Shown piece by piece: positions 46,481 through 56,883 of a stretch of 64,000 bases of DNA. The position numbers and the translations under genes are program-made. Under the pieces are notes generated by a model. That model was given only the letters and a program-made list of their open reading frames with translations. It ran no database searches and was not told where the DNA came from. Source of the stretch: Candidatus Marinacidobacterales bacterium (GTDB lineage: Bacteria > Acidobacteriota > Vicinamibacteria > Marinacidobacterales > DATDRI01). Location of the stretch: positions 416,001-480,000 of the forward strand of contig CBDCNP010000002.1 of assembly GCA_965219415.1 (NCBI GenBank). The letters are read 5' to 3'. The stretch's first letter is position 1; each line of letters begins with the position of its first letter.

Positions 46481-47935
46481 CTAATTTGCTGTCAGTACCT
46501 TCTTGATCGGAAGTTGGTCCCGGTCAACCACCTCGCCGTCTTTGAGAATCATAGCGATTTTTCTGAAATTGTTGACATCCTGCAGGGGGTCGGCATCCAG
46601 AATCACGAGATCGGCCAACTTGCCAACTTCCAACGTCCCTATCTGGTCAAGTTTGTCATAGGCGGCGGCGACGTTGCGGGTGGCCGAGACCAGAGCATCC
46701 ATGGGGGTCATCCCCTTCTGCGACATTGCCTTGAACCAAAGGAAGTGGGCCTCGCCCAGTTCTTCGGGGTGCTCTTCTCCAAAATCGGTCGGGCCGGATT
46801 CCGCCTCCGTCTTGGTGGGGTTTGAAACCCCCGCGTCGGTAGCCAGCGCGAAGGCCACACCGGCCCGAATGTACCGAATGATGTTCTCATTCTGAACTCG
46901 GGTGTGCTCCCGCGCACGATATAGAAGGTCAGGGTTGGCCAGCGCGAACTCTAGCCGTTTGTCGGTGTGCGGAAGTTCAGCGGCGTAGATATTCTTGTCG
47001 AGAATCATCTTGATGGTCGAGTCTGGAATTGGTGTAGGACCCGTCTCGCTGCCGTGTTGCAACAGGTCGACCCCTAAGTACGCCGCTTCCCGGAGGCTCT
47101 CCACCGACGTCGTGTGCGTTTGGACCGTGATACCTGCCCTTCGGCACTCTGCGACGATCTGCTTTTGTGCTTCAAGACTGAACAACAGCATGGCGTTCAT
47201 ACCCAACGATTTGGGCAACCCGGAACACCCGGTGCAATCGTGGCCGCCCACGCCGTATTTGAGAAAATCGATCCCACGGGTGATGTATTTCCGGATTTCG
47301 ACCCCCACCTGTTCCGGGGTCATCCAAAGGAGCTCCGGACCGGAGTTCTCAGTGAACATCCAATTGATCCGCTTCACGAAATCCGAGGGGGCCGTCCAAG
47401 TTGCCGCCGCGTTGAAATCGCGACCGAAGGGGCCGCTAAAACCGACGATGTTCCCCGCTACGAACATCCGACTGCCCACCGTTTCACCGCGATTAATCCG
47501 ATCGCGAACATCCATCAGTGATTGCAAAGGACCCCAGGTGTCGAAGACGGTTGTCAATCCCTGCTTGAGTGCGATCTGCGCGGCTTCCTCGATCAGGTCA
47601 TCGAAACGACCTTCGTGGCGGGCAATGAACTCCACCGAAACGTCCCGGAACAAGTGGACGTTGGCATCCATCAGGCCCGGAATCACGTACTTACCCTGCG
47701 CATCGATCTGCTTGGCTCCGGCCGGTACCTGAACTTGCCCGCGGGGACCCACGGCGGCGATAGTTCGGCCTTCGATGACAATGACCGCGTCTTCGACCGG
47801 AGGACCCCCGTTTCCATCCATCAGGGTCGCTCCCACGATCGCGGTCTGTCCGTGACCCGTCGCCACCGATGCAAGCAGGCAGGCGAGCAACGCCGGAAAG
47901 AGGCAGATGAAATTCTTCCTTGTCATGACGTTCAT
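46481..47935 (-). CDS. Exported amidohydrolase-family protein (DANVH variant)
   Basis: Signal peptide; PGLMDANVH, FLKY, QTH, QHG, ATDAG, GKLADL. Confidence 0.85.
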   Translation of the reverse strand: MNVMTRKNFICLFPALLACLLASVATGHGQTAIVGATLMDGNGGPPVEDAVIVIEGRTIAAVGPRGQVQVPAGAKQIDAQGKYVIPGLMDANVHLFRDVSVEFIARHEGRFDDLIEEAAQIALKQGLTTVFDTWGPLQSLMDVRDRINRGETVGSRMFVAGNIVGFSGPFGRDFNAAATWTAPSDFVKRINWMFTENSGPELLWMTPEQVGVEIRKYITRGIDFLKYGVGGHDCTGCSGLPKSLGMNAMLLFSLEAQKQIVAECRRAGITVQTHTTSVESLREAAYLGVDLLQHGSETGPTPIPDSTIKMILDKNIYAAELPHTDKRLEFALANPDLLYRAREHTRVQNENIIRYIRAGVAFALATDAGVSNPTKTEAESGPTDFGEEHPEELGEAHFLWFKAMSQKGMTPMDALVSATRNVAAAYDKLDQIGTLEVGKLADLVILDADPLQDVNNFRKIAMILKDGEVVDRDQLPIKKVLTAN

Positions 47936-47949
47936 GTCGGCGGCCACTC

Positions 47950-48447
47950 CTATGAGCTCGGCTTGGTGTACTCGCCCACGCAGTCCCAAACGATCGGGCT
48001 ATCGGGACTGAACTCGCCCTTACAGGAACCCTTCCCTTTGATGCCCTTCAACTTGCCGGTGCCGCGAAAGATGGTCCACTCGTTCTTTCCGCTCACCGGC
48101 TGCCCATCCTTTAGCATCATCTTGCCTGTGTAGCGGTAGTGGGCTTGGTCCCCGTTGGCCATGGTGTCGATATGATAGCCGCTAAACGTGGACTCGTTGC
48201 CAATGGTCTCATCGGCGCTCACGCTGTAGCCCTTGGTGTTCTCGACCCCGTCGATCACCATCGGTTTGACCCAGGTGCACTGCGACTTGCTGATCGAATA
48301 GGAATGATTGGGCACGTCGCCGATCTCGATCGCGTGCTCGGGCTCACCGGGGGAACAGCGTATCGTTCCTGACATCTTAGTTTGCGCACCAGCCAATGTT
48401 GCAAGCGAGACTGCAACGAGAGCGGCGAATACGGTTTTGAACTTCAT
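47950..48447 (-). CDS. Secreted hypothetical beta-barrel protein
   Basis: Signal MKFKTVFAALVAVSLATLAGA; 4 Cys; NGD and GTGKLKGIKGKG strands; strong RBS AAGGAGGAGG. Confidence 0.7.
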   Translation of the reverse strand: MKFKTVFAALVAVSLATLAGAQTKMSGTIRCSPGEPEHAIEIGDVPNHSYSISKSQCTWVKPMVIDGVENTKGYSVSADETIGNESTFSGYHIDTMANGDQAHYRYTGKMMLKDGQPVSGKNEWTIFRGTGKLKGIKGKGSCKGEFSPDSPIVWDCVGEYTKPSS

Positions 48448-48489
48448 CAGAACCTCCTCCTTGAACGGTAGGTCGGCGAGAAATGTGAC

Positions 48490-49527
48490 TCAGGAATCGG
48501 CAAATTGCGGTATGACCTTCTCCCCAAAGAGCCGGAGGCTGGACATTGCCTCCTCCATACTCGGGCCGGTTCCGTAGCGACTGCGGAAGATCACGTAGTC
48601 GACGCCAATTTCTTCTTTGAGGCGCTCAATCTGATCGGTGACCTCTTCGGGTGTCCCCAGTAGGAGGTTCGGCCGGACATCTTCGCGCTTGAAGTCTTCC
48701 TCCTTCTTCAGCCGCTCCGCCATCCCGAACCATTCATCCTCTCGGCCCGGAAAACTGGAGAAATAGAACCAAAGTTCCTCCCTCCCGTACTTCCAGAAGG
48801 TCTCCTCGACTTCCTTCGCCTTGGCTCGGTTCGGTGAGACGAAACCGTCACGCCAGAGAATCACCTCTGGCCGATTCCCTCTTTGCTTCGCCAGGCCGCG
48901 ATAAATCTGCGTCCACTCCTTTGCAACATCAACAGGAAGATAGGCCGACAAAAAGACCGGCAACCCCAGCCTGGCCGCCCGACGGAACCCGAAGGGAGTT
49001 CCTGCGCCTAGCCAGATGGGGGGATGAGGTTTCTGGATGGGCTTCGGCGTCACCCGTTCGTTCTGGAAGCTGTAGTTTCTCCCGTAGAAGGAGAACACGT
49101 CCTCGGTCCAGGCTCTCTGTAAGATCTCGATACCTTCCTCGAAGATCGACACCTGGTTCTTGATCTTCAGCCCATGGCGAATGAATTCCCGTTCCGCATT
49201 GGAGATTCCTAGACCCAGGATAAGACGTCCGTTGGACAAGACGTCCAGCATGGCGGCGTCTTCGGCCACATGGAGAGGATGGTAGAACGGGAGCAGAAAC
49301 ACTCCCGTGCCGACTTTGAGCCTCGTGGTTTGACCGGCGATGAACGCGCAGGTGATCAACGGCGAGGGGTTGTAGCCGTCGATGATGCCGTGGTGCTCGG
49401 CGGTGAAGCAGGAATCGAAACCGACTTCTTCGCAGAACTTGGCCACCTCGAGATTCTCCAGCCACATTTGGCGAACGTTCCCGCCTCGCGGCGGGTCCCG
49501 AAACCGGAGAACAAAACCGAACTTCAT
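48490..49527 (-). CDS. Luciferase-like (LLM) flavin-dependent oxidoreductase
   Basis: MKFG, GFD..AEHH, SP, TTRLKVGT, HPLHVAED..LDVLSNGRL.LG.G, PKPIQKPHPPIW, GTPEEV. Confidence 0.92.
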   Translation of the reverse strand: MKFGFVLRFRDPPRGGNVRQMWLENLEVAKFCEEVGFDSCFTAEHHGIIDGYNPSPLITCAFIAGQTTRLKVGTGVFLLPFYHPLHVAEDAAMLDVLSNGRLILGLGISNAEREFIRHGLKIKNQVSIFEEGIEILQRAWTEDVFSFYGRNYSFQNERVTPKPIQKPHPPIWLGAGTPFGFRRAARLGLPVFLSAYLPVDVAKEWTQIYRGLAKQRGNRPEVILWRDGFVSPNRAKAKEVEETFWKYGREELWFYFSSFPGREDEWFGMAERLKKEEDFKREDVRPNLLLGTPEEVTDQIERLKEEIGVDYVIFRSRYGTGPSMEEAMSSLRLFGEKVIPQFADS

Positions 49528-49548
49528 GGCCTGAGCATCTAGAAACGT

Positions 49549-51003
49549 CTAGCGGCGAGCGGTCAACACTTTCTTGATGGGCAGTTCATCCCGATTCACG
49601 ACCTGCCCGTCCTTCATGATGATATTGATCCGTCTGATGTTGTCCGTGTCCTCAAGGGGGTCGGCATCCAGGACGAGCAGATCGGCCAGCTTGCCAGGCT
49701 CCAAGGTCCCGAGCTCGTCCAACTTGTCGTAGGCCGCGGCATTGTTTCGCGTCGCGGCGACGATGGCGTCCATCGGTGTCATCCCTTTTTCCGCCATCGC
49801 CTTGAACCAAACGAAATGGGCGTCCCCCAGTCCCTCAGGATGATCCTCCTTGAGCTCCTCCTTGCCCGATTCCACCTCGGTCTTGATGGGGTTCGACACC
49901 CCTGCGTCGGTGGCGAGCAATAAAGGCACGCCGGACTGAATCAATCTTACGATGTTCTCGTGTTTGATGGAGACAAATTTCTTGGGCCGCTGAAGTATCT
50001 CGCTTTCCTCAATTTCCCTCTCCATACGCTTCCGAGTCCGCGGCTGCACGGCGCAGTAGATTTTCTTCTCGGCCATCAAATCAATGGTGGAATCCGGAAT
50101 CGCCGTGGGCCCGGTGTAGTTCCCGTGTTGCATCATGTCGACACCTAGCTCGACGGCCTGCCGTAGGCTCTCGACGGAGCTGGTATGGGTCTGGACCGTA
50201 ATCCCAGCCCGTCGACACTCGTCGATCATCGCCTGCTGCTGTTCCGGAGTGAACATGAGTAAGGCGCTCAACTCCAACGCCCTGGGGAACCCGGAGCATC
50301 CCCAGCAATCGTGGGCGCTCACCCCGTACTTGAGGAAATCGATTCCCCGCGCGATGTACTTCCGGGTCTCCACGCCAACCTGCTCCGGCGTCATCCAAGA
50401 GAGCTCCGGACCCATGTTCTCGGTGAACATCCAATTGATCCGCTTCGCGAAATCCGAGGCGACGCTCCAGCTTGCAACGGCGTTGAACTCGCGGCCGAAG
50501 GGACCGCTGAAACCAACGATGTTGCCGGCTACGAACACCCGACTGCCCACGGTTTCGCCCCGGTTGATGCGGTCACGAACGTTCATCAGCTGTTGTAACG
50601 GACCCCACGTATCGAAGACCGTCGTCACCCCCCCTTTCAAGGCAACCTGCGCGGCCTCCTCGATGAGGTCCTCGAAACGGTCTTCGTAGCGGGCGATGAA
50701 CTCCACCGAAACGTCCCGGAACAAGTGGACATTGGCATCCATTAGTCCGGGGATGACGTACTTCCCACTCCCGTCGATCTCGCGCGTGTCCGCCGGAACC
50801 TGGACCTCGCTCCGAGGCCCCACCGCCTTGATCTTCGTTCCCTCAATGACGATGACCGAGTCCGGTACCGGTTTTCCACCCGTTCCGTCGATCAGCGTAG
50901 CGCCTACGATCGCCGTCGATTCCTGGGCGTAAAGGGTAACGAAGCCAACTAGTATGAGCAGCCCGCATATCGCTGCCGCCCGCCACTGTTCGCGTCTTTT
51001 CAT
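49549..51003 (-). CDS. Exported amidohydrolase-family protein (DANVH variant); close paralog of 46481-47935
   Basis: Shares long identical blocks such as GKYVIPGLMDANVHLFRDVSVEFIAR and FVAGNIVGFSGPFGR. Confidence 0.85.
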   Translation of the reverse strand: MKRREQWRAAAICGLLILVGFVTLYAQESTAIVGATLIDGTGGKPVPDSVIVIEGTKIKAVGPRSEVQVPADTREIDGSGKYVIPGLMDANVHLFRDVSVEFIARYEDRFEDLIEEAAQVALKGGVTTVFDTWGPLQQLMNVRDRINRGETVGSRVFVAGNIVGFSGPFGREFNAVASWSVASDFAKRINWMFTENMGPELSWMTPEQVGVETRKYIARGIDFLKYGVSAHDCWGCSGFPRALELSALLMFTPEQQQAMIDECRRAGITVQTHTSSVESLRQAVELGVDMMQHGNYTGPTAIPDSTIDLMAEKKIYCAVQPRTRKRMEREIEESEILQRPKKFVSIKHENIVRLIQSGVPLLLATDAGVSNPIKTEVESGKEELKEDHPEGLGDAHFVWFKAMAEKGMTPMDAIVAATRNNAAAYDKLDELGTLEPGKLADLLVLDADPLEDTDNIRRINIIMKDGQVVNRDELPIKKVLTARR

Positions 51004-51076
51004 GCCATGCTCTCCGTCCCCGCGTAGAGACACAAACCCCCCCGCTAGATGCCCCTTGACTCAGTCTTAACTATCC

Positions 51077-54000
51077 TTAGAAATTGAATCGAAAACCGAT
51101 TTGGATCTCCCGGCCCGGGAGCGGCTCAACGGTCGCACCGGTGCCGAACGCCTCACCGCAACCAGCGGCGTCTGGTAGCCCATCACCGGTCGAATCGCCA
51201 CAAGCCGTCGAGAACCTGAACGGATTGGCCCGGTTGGTGACGTTGAATATCTCAAAGAGCACAACGACATCTTGGCCACCGGAAAAACGGAACTCCTTGG
51301 CCACCCGGAGGTCGATATTGAACAAGCTGTCGGAAAGGAACCCACCCTTTTCGGTCCCGAGCAGACGATTGTCGAATTGAGTATCCCCATCCGAATCCAG
51401 GGGTAAGCCGGCGGCGTTGAACGGTCGTCCCGATTGCGCGTTCATGACGCCAGAGAGATCGAACCCGTAGGGCAACCTCCATAATCCGCTGAACACGAAA
51501 ACGTTTTTCGGCGCGCTCAAACTTCTTCCGATGTCGAGCTCGGGTTGATTGTTGAACAGGAAGCTCGTTTCGGCCGACGCCGGTGGCACACGCAAGGTCG
51601 AAAAGTTGTCCTCTGCGTCGGTGTACGTGTAGCTGGCAAGAAACGAATACCGGCTGCTGAAGCGCTTACGTAGGGCAACGGTGACGGCGTTGGTGTCGAG
51701 AAACCCACGGGGCTCGATTACGTGCGTACAGCTCCCCCCGTCTACGGTATTGCCGTCGCAAGTGTTGGATATGGGAACGTCTCTTAGATTGGTGACCCTT
51801 CGAGTCAGAAGATTCTTGGATCGGCGGATAAACAGCTCCACATCGATGGAGAGATCGCCACCAAGCGCCTGCTCGATCCCGACGTTGAAGGAATCCGTGT
51901 AGGGAGTGGTGTGAGGACGCTGGATGGACTGAATTCCGTCGAAAGCCCTTGGAGACTCTATGAACGACAACGGTCGACCAGCATTGACGCTGGTTTCCCC
52001 GGTTTCATCCAAGAATATAAACGTACCCGTGGAAGGCGCACCGGGCAAGGCGGTCGGGCTATCCGGAACGGGAAAAAAGTCATTCAAAATGTCGAGCGCC
52101 GCCTCCGGCGATAGCCGGCCCCCGGTGAGCTCAGGAATACTGCCATATTCCAATATAGGCGGATTCACGGGATCAGGCACCGGGATTCCCAGTAAGTCAT
52201 AGACGATGAAGGGTTCTCCCTTGCCGGTAATGGTGATATCGCCGGAGGTCCTGACGTCCCCCAAGGGAATGAGGTAGCTGTAGTAATCTGGGCTCGCCAA
52301 CCATCGGATTCCAGAATCCTGCAAAATACCTATCGCCCCGAGACCCGGATTGTTGATATGGGCGCCGCCTCGCGGGATGGTGTGCCAGCTCTCTGTGGCG
52401 AATTGCACTCCACCCAAGTCGGGCGTCCTCTCCACAATCTCCATGATGAACTGGTTGTAGAACCGGCCCCAGGACGAACGAAAAACCGAGTTACCGTCTT
52501 TTCCGAGATCCCAGGCGAACCCGATCCGTGGCCCGATGTTGTTCTTGTCGTCGGAGTATAGGCTCGCGTAGTCGTAACGCAGACCTACGTTCACGGTAAG
52601 CCCTTCCGCGGCCTCCCAATTGTCCTGCACGAACAACGCCCATTGGTTATTCGTGGCCGCGGCATTTGTATTGTCACTCACGATGTCGTGGGTGAATCGG
52701 AGCATCGTGACATCGAGTCCCAGCGTTTCGTAGTTCACATCGATGATCGGATTGGCGATGATGGTTTGGGCGGCTGAGAGGAAAGTGTGATCCAAGGAGA
52801 CGCGGTTCAGATCAACTCCGAACTTGAGCGCGTGATCTCCCTTGAAGTAGGAGAGTCTTTCAACCCACTGAAACTGGTCCTGAGAGCGATCCACCTCGGC
52901 AATCGGGGACGCATTCGACATCCAAATCTGAAACGTGGGAATAAAGGTGATGGGGAAGAGCTGCTCGGCTTCGGCCGGTTTCTCCTTGTTTTCTTGGAAC
53001 AAGAGGTTCGCCCAGCGGAAGGACGATTCCAAAAAGGCGTTTTGGCTGAAAAAAGCGGTATACCTGGCATTCACACTCGTCTGGTCTTGCGTCAAATCCG
53101 AACCGATCGACGGCAGTACGAGGGTTCCCGGCGGCGGCGCAGCGAAACCACGATTCGGATCCGGCAGGAAGTTATTCTGGGTGCCGCGATTGATGTTCAC
53201 CGTGACAAACAGTACGTTCTTGTCATTGAATCGATGATCGGCCTTTAGGAACGTGGTGTACCTAGTGTCCTTCGGAGCTTGGTCGAATGGCTCACGGCCG
53301 AAGGCTGGGGTGAAGTAACCACCCGTAATAATCGGTGGAAGAATGCTTTGATCGAAATTGATTCCCCGCTCCTCGCGAAACATTTGAAACGAGCCAAAGA
53401 AGAACGTCTTGTCCTTCGCAATCGGACCGCCGACAAAACCCCCGAACTCCTGTCGGCTTAGTTGCGGTGCCTCCTGTCCCTCGACGTTAGAGGAATCCAT
53501 TGCGTCATCGCGGAAAAAGGCCCACACCCTGCCTCCGAGATCGTTGGTGCCGGAACGAGTGATCACGTTGGCGACCGCACCCGAGGCCCTGCCGAACTCG
53601 GCCTGGTATCCACCGATCAAGACGTTGAACTCCTGGATCGTGTCTTGTATGTAGAACTCCGCGAAGTTGCGAGTATACGCATCGTTGTTGTCCAACCCGT
53701 CGGCGAGAAACGAGTTAGTAATGGAGCGCTCGCCGAAGAAGGTTACATTCGCACCCTGATCGGAGGCGGAGGGCCTTTCAGCGGCCCCCGGCACGAGCTT
53801 CACCAAGTCCAGAAACTCGCGGCCGTTTAGCGGGATGTTGTCGATGGTCGCGGTATCTACCGCGACTTGAAGGTCCGACTGCGTCGGACGCACCATAGGC
53901 AGCTCAGCCGTAACGGTCACTTCTTCCGTAACTCCAGCCACGGTCATGGTGATATTGATCGGCACCTCCCGATCGAGGGCCACATTGATGCCGGTAACTC

Positions 54001-54280
54001 TCTCGACGGCAAAACCGTCGAGCTGTGCGGTCAGCTCATAGAGCCCCGCCTGAATGCCCGGAATTCGGTACCGTCCATCGTCGGCCGTCGCCACCGTAAC
54101 CGTGCCTCGTAACAACGAAGGACTGGTGATGGATATGGCGACTCCCGGTAGCACCGCACCCTGGCTATCCCGAACGACGCCGTGGATGGTGGACGTGATC
54201 TGCCCGTAGGCCGAGCCCACTGGCAGTGCCAAAAAACTGGCGAACAGACCGATCGCAATCAGTACCCTATGGATGCTCAT
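51077..54280 (-). CDS. TonB-dependent receptor (Oar-like, N-terminal carboxypeptidase-regulatory domain)
   Basis: G.V.D.QGAVLPGV, IPLNGR.F.DL..L.PG, AEFGRASG, TRSGTN, GGPI.KDK.FFF, FVQDNW, GLRYD, terminal ..IGFRFNF; RBS AGGAGGAG before ATG 54280. Confidence 0.93.
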   Translation of the reverse strand: MSIHRVLIAIGLFASFLALPVGSAYGQITSTIHGVVRDSQGAVLPGVAISITSPSLLRGTVTVATADDGRYRIPGIQAGLYELTAQLDGFAVERVTGINVALDREVPINITMTVAGVTEEVTVTAELPMVRPTQSDLQVAVDTATIDNIPLNGREFLDLVKLVPGAAERPSASDQGANVTFFGERSITNSFLADGLDNNDAYTRNFAEFYIQDTIQEFNVLIGGYQAEFGRASGAVANVITRSGTNDLGGRVWAFFRDDAMDSSNVEGQEAPQLSRQEFGGFVGGPIAKDKTFFFGSFQMFREERGINFDQSILPPIITGGYFTPAFGREPFDQAPKDTRYTTFLKADHRFNDKNVLFVTVNINRGTQNNFLPDPNRGFAAPPPGTLVLPSIGSDLTQDQTSVNARYTAFFSQNAFLESSFRWANLLFQENKEKPAEAEQLFPITFIPTFQIWMSNASPIAEVDRSQDQFQWVERLSYFKGDHALKFGVDLNRVSLDHTFLSAAQTIIANPIIDVNYETLGLDVTMLRFTHDIVSDNTNAAATNNQWALFVQDNWEAAEGLTVNVGLRYDYASLYSDDKNNIGPRIGFAWDLGKDGNSVFRSSWGRFYNQFIMEIVERTPDLGGVQFATESWHTIPRGGAHINNPGLGAIGILQDSGIRWLASPDYYSYLIPLGDVRTSGDITITGKGEPFIVYDLLGIPVPDPVNPPILEYGSIPELTGGRLSPEAALDILNDFFPVPDSPTALPGAPSTGTFIFLDETGETSVNAGRPLSFIESPRAFDGIQSIQRPHTTPYTDSFNVGIEQALGGDLSIDVELFIRRSKNLLTRRVTNLRDVPISNTCDGNTVDGGSCTHVIEPRGFLDTNAVTVALRKRFSSRYSFLASYTYTDAEDNFSTLRVPPASAETSFLFNNQPELDIGRSLSAPKNVFVFSGLWRLPYGFDLSGVMNAQSGRPFNAAGLPLDSDGDTQFDNRLLGTEKGGFLSDSLFNIDLRVAKEFRFSGGQDVVVLFEIFNVTNRANPFRFSTACGDSTGDGLPDAAGCGEAFGTGATVEPLPGREIQIGFRFNF

Positions 54281-54472
54281 CACTCCTCCTCTTGAAGATA
54301 GGTATTCGCCTCGGGAAGTCTCGTTCGTTACCAACACCCCCCGTCTAGACGAGCGCCTCCCGGCGGATGGAGGCCGTCATGCGGCGCAGGCCAACGTGAT
54401 TGCATACAGTATTCAAATAGCCTGGGGCAGCGTATATCACGTGCGAACATCTAGCGTCAAGGCCCGAACCGA

Positions 54473-54700
54473 CTACAGGGGCTCGAAGCACCCGCGGCCG
54501 GGACGACAGTCCTCGCGGTCTGCCGGCTTTCCATCCGGCCCCAGGCAGTTCATGGTATGAATGCACCACACGATGCCGTCACTCGTGTGAGGGACGTCGG
54601 GATCCGGCTCGACCTCGATGAAGAGGCCCTTCCACCGCAAGCACCGGCAGCGCTCACTCGTCTTTACGAGGTCAATCCCCATCGGCCCCATTGGTGCCAT
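54473..54700 (-). CDS. Small Cys-rich hypothetical protein
   Basis: 75 aa with 6 Cys (CRCLRWKG..WCIHTMNCLGPDG..C.PGRGCFE); starts 4 nt after the Mo-subunit stop, with GGAGG upstream. Confidence 0.6.
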   Translation of the reverse strand: MAPMGPMGIDLVKTSERCRCLRWKGLFIEVEPDPDVPHTSDGIVWCIHTMNCLGPDGKPADREDCRPGRGCFEPL

Positions 54701-54704
54701 GGGC

Positions 54705-56825
54705 TCAAGCCTCCTTCTCCAAAGCGGCAATGACCCGATCCGCCGTCAGCGGCAGTTGCGGTACGCGCACTCCGATCGCGTTCGCGACCGCATTCGAGAG
54801 GGCGGCACCCGGCGAGATAACCGAAGGTTCGCCCATGCCGATGACGCCTCGCTCGTCGAATCCAGGACCGGTCATCAAGTGAACGACGACCTCGCCGATG
54901 TCTCCGATCCCGGGAAGCTTGTAGAACTCCAAGTCGGCGTTGAGCAAACGACCGGTCACCGGGTCGAATATCTTTTCTTCGGTCAGGGCATAGGCGATCC
55001 CCATGATGACCGCTCCGTAGACCTGGCTCTCGGTGGTCTGGAGATCGATGATGAGGCCGCAATCTTGCACCGCCGCAAACTTGTTGATGCGCACCACGCC
55101 CGTTTCCATGTCCACCGACACGTCTGCCATCTGGACGCCGCCGGTACCGCTGTCGTTGAGCTTGCCCGGGCCCGGGTTGCCACCGGTAACGGTAATGGGA
55201 TTAACACCGAGCTTCGACGCCGCCTCTTTCCAGCTCAGTCTCCGGGCAGGGTCGGCTTTGACTCGAATCACTCCCTCCCTGGCTTCGAGATCGTCCGCGG
55301 TGGCCTCGAGATAGGGAGCGATTCTCTCGAAAAACTGCTCCCGAGCATCTAGCGCTCCCCGACGAGACGAGCCTGTCACTCCTCCCACCGTGGTACTCCC
55401 TCCCGACGGCCCCGACGCCACGTAGCGGCTGTCGCCGAGGGTAACTTTCACCGACTCGAGCGGGATACCGAAAGTCTCCGCCACGACGATGCCCACCACG
55501 GTGCGCGTGCCGGTTCCGATATCTTGGCTAGCCAGCCTAGCCTCCACCAGGCCGTCCGGGTACACGATGACTTCGCAGTTGCTTCGGTGGGCGCGCCCGC
55601 CGAAGGTGTGCATCGACATACCCAAGCCGCGTCGGATCGCACCACTCCCCTCGCCCCGTGGATGCCAGTTCTTCTTCCAGTCGATGAGCTCTGCCGCCTT
55701 GTGGATTTCCTTTTCTAGATCGGCCGCGCGGGATCCGGTGGCCGAGATGTTCTTGAGAAAGAAATCCATCGGATCCATCTGAAGCTCGGCGGCCAGGTCT
55801 TCGAGCGCCGCCATCGTGATGAGGCAGCCCTGAGGATGATTCGGCGCCCGCCAGGCGCGCGCGGCGCCGACGTGCGTGGGAACCGAAGTGTGTTGATGTG
55901 ACTGGTTCTCGAACCGGAAGGGGTACGGAAGCAGCGGCGTTCCGGTCCCTTGAACGCCTCCGGTGCCCCAAGACCGAGAGGACCAAGCGGTGACCGTTCC
56001 ATCTCCGGAAGCCCCTACTTCCACTTCCGCAAAAGCGGAGGGCCGGCCTCCGGCGATGGCGAGCTCGGCGTCGCGCTCCAGCATCAGCTTTACCGGGGCG
56101 TTCGTTTCTCTGGCCAACTCGACACATTCGATGCCCCAGCGATCGGGACTAAACTTGCTGCCGAAACCACCGCCCAAGTGCTGCGTCACGCAACGCACGT
56201 TGGACGCGGGTAGTCCGACCTTTTCGGCGATCTGGCCGGGAATGCCGGAGACACTTTGAGTGGACGCCCAGACGGTCACGTTTTCAGCATCCTGCCATTC
56301 GCTTACCTGGCCGTGTGGCTCGAGGCAACAGTGCGCGATCATCGGGAGGCCGTACCTGTCCTTGATTTTGAATGCCGACGCCGCCATCGCCGACACCGGA
56401 TCGCCGGTCGTCGCTTCTTGGGCCGGCTTGATGGCTGGCGCCGCACCGATGTTCTCCTCGGTCACGTAGTGCGGAAGCACCTCGTACTCGACATTGATGG
56501 CGCGGACAGCGTCGCCCGCAATCTCCTCGGTGGTGGCCGCGACCACCGCGACTTCATCCAGAGACCACTGAATCTCCGCGCCAACGTCCTGTATGACCCG
56601 CACCGCCCGGACCCCAGGCATGCTCTTGGCGGCGGCGACATCGATGCTCGTGATGCGAGCATGGGCGTGCGGGCAACGGAGCACCCTCGCGAAGAGCATC
56701 CCGGGCCGATTGATGTCATATGAATATTTAGCAGCGCCCGTCGACTTGGCCGGACCGTCGACCCTGGTGAGCCGTTTTCCGATGAGCTGGCGATCTTTGG
56801 CTTCCGGCCACCTGTACTCAGCCAT
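54705..56825 (-). CDS. Xanthine dehydrogenase-family molybdopterin-binding subunit
   Basis: RVDG.AK.TG.AKY, HCCLEPH, GGGFGSK, WRAP, DIGTG, SGGS, ESQVYG, GMGEP, NAVANAIG.R..LP.T. Confidence 0.92.
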   Translation of the reverse strand: MAEYRWPEAKDRQLIGKRLTRVDGPAKSTGAAKYSYDINRPGMLFARVLRCPHAHARITSIDVAAAKSMPGVRAVRVIQDVGAEIQWSLDEVAVVAATTEEIAGDAVRAINVEYEVLPHYVTEENIGAAPAIKPAQEATTGDPVSAMAASAFKIKDRYGLPMIAHCCLEPHGQVSEWQDAENVTVWASTQSVSGIPGQIAEKVGLPASNVRCVTQHLGGGFGSKFSPDRWGIECVELARETNAPVKLMLERDAELAIAGGRPSAFAEVEVGASGDGTVTAWSSRSWGTGGVQGTGTPLLPYPFRFENQSHQHTSVPTHVGAARAWRAPNHPQGCLITMAALEDLAAELQMDPMDFFLKNISATGSRAADLEKEIHKAAELIDWKKNWHPRGEGSGAIRRGLGMSMHTFGGRAHRSNCEVIVYPDGLVEARLASQDIGTGTRTVVGIVVAETFGIPLESVKVTLGDSRYVASGPSGGSTTVGGVTGSSRRGALDAREQFFERIAPYLEATADDLEAREGVIRVKADPARRLSWKEAASKLGVNPITVTGGNPGPGKLNDSGTGGVQMADVSVDMETGVVRINKFAAVQDCGLIIDLQTTESQVYGAVIMGIAYALTEEKIFDPVTGRLLNADLEFYKLPGIGDIGEVVVHLMTGPGFDERGVIGMGEPSVISPGAALSNAVANAIGVRVPQLPLTADRVIAALEKEA

Positions 56826-56883
56826 GGGTCGCTCCTTCCTCTGCCACGTCGAGAGCAGCCTTGCGAATTCCCATGTAGGTCCC
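56818..56883 (-). pseudogene. C-terminal remnant of a (2Fe-2S) small subunit of an XDH-family enzyme
   Basis: Reads GTYMGIRKAALDVAEEGATHG*, the tail that normally follows ..CRC. It overlaps the Mo-subunit ATG, but no Cys clusters lie upstream. Confidence 0.5.
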
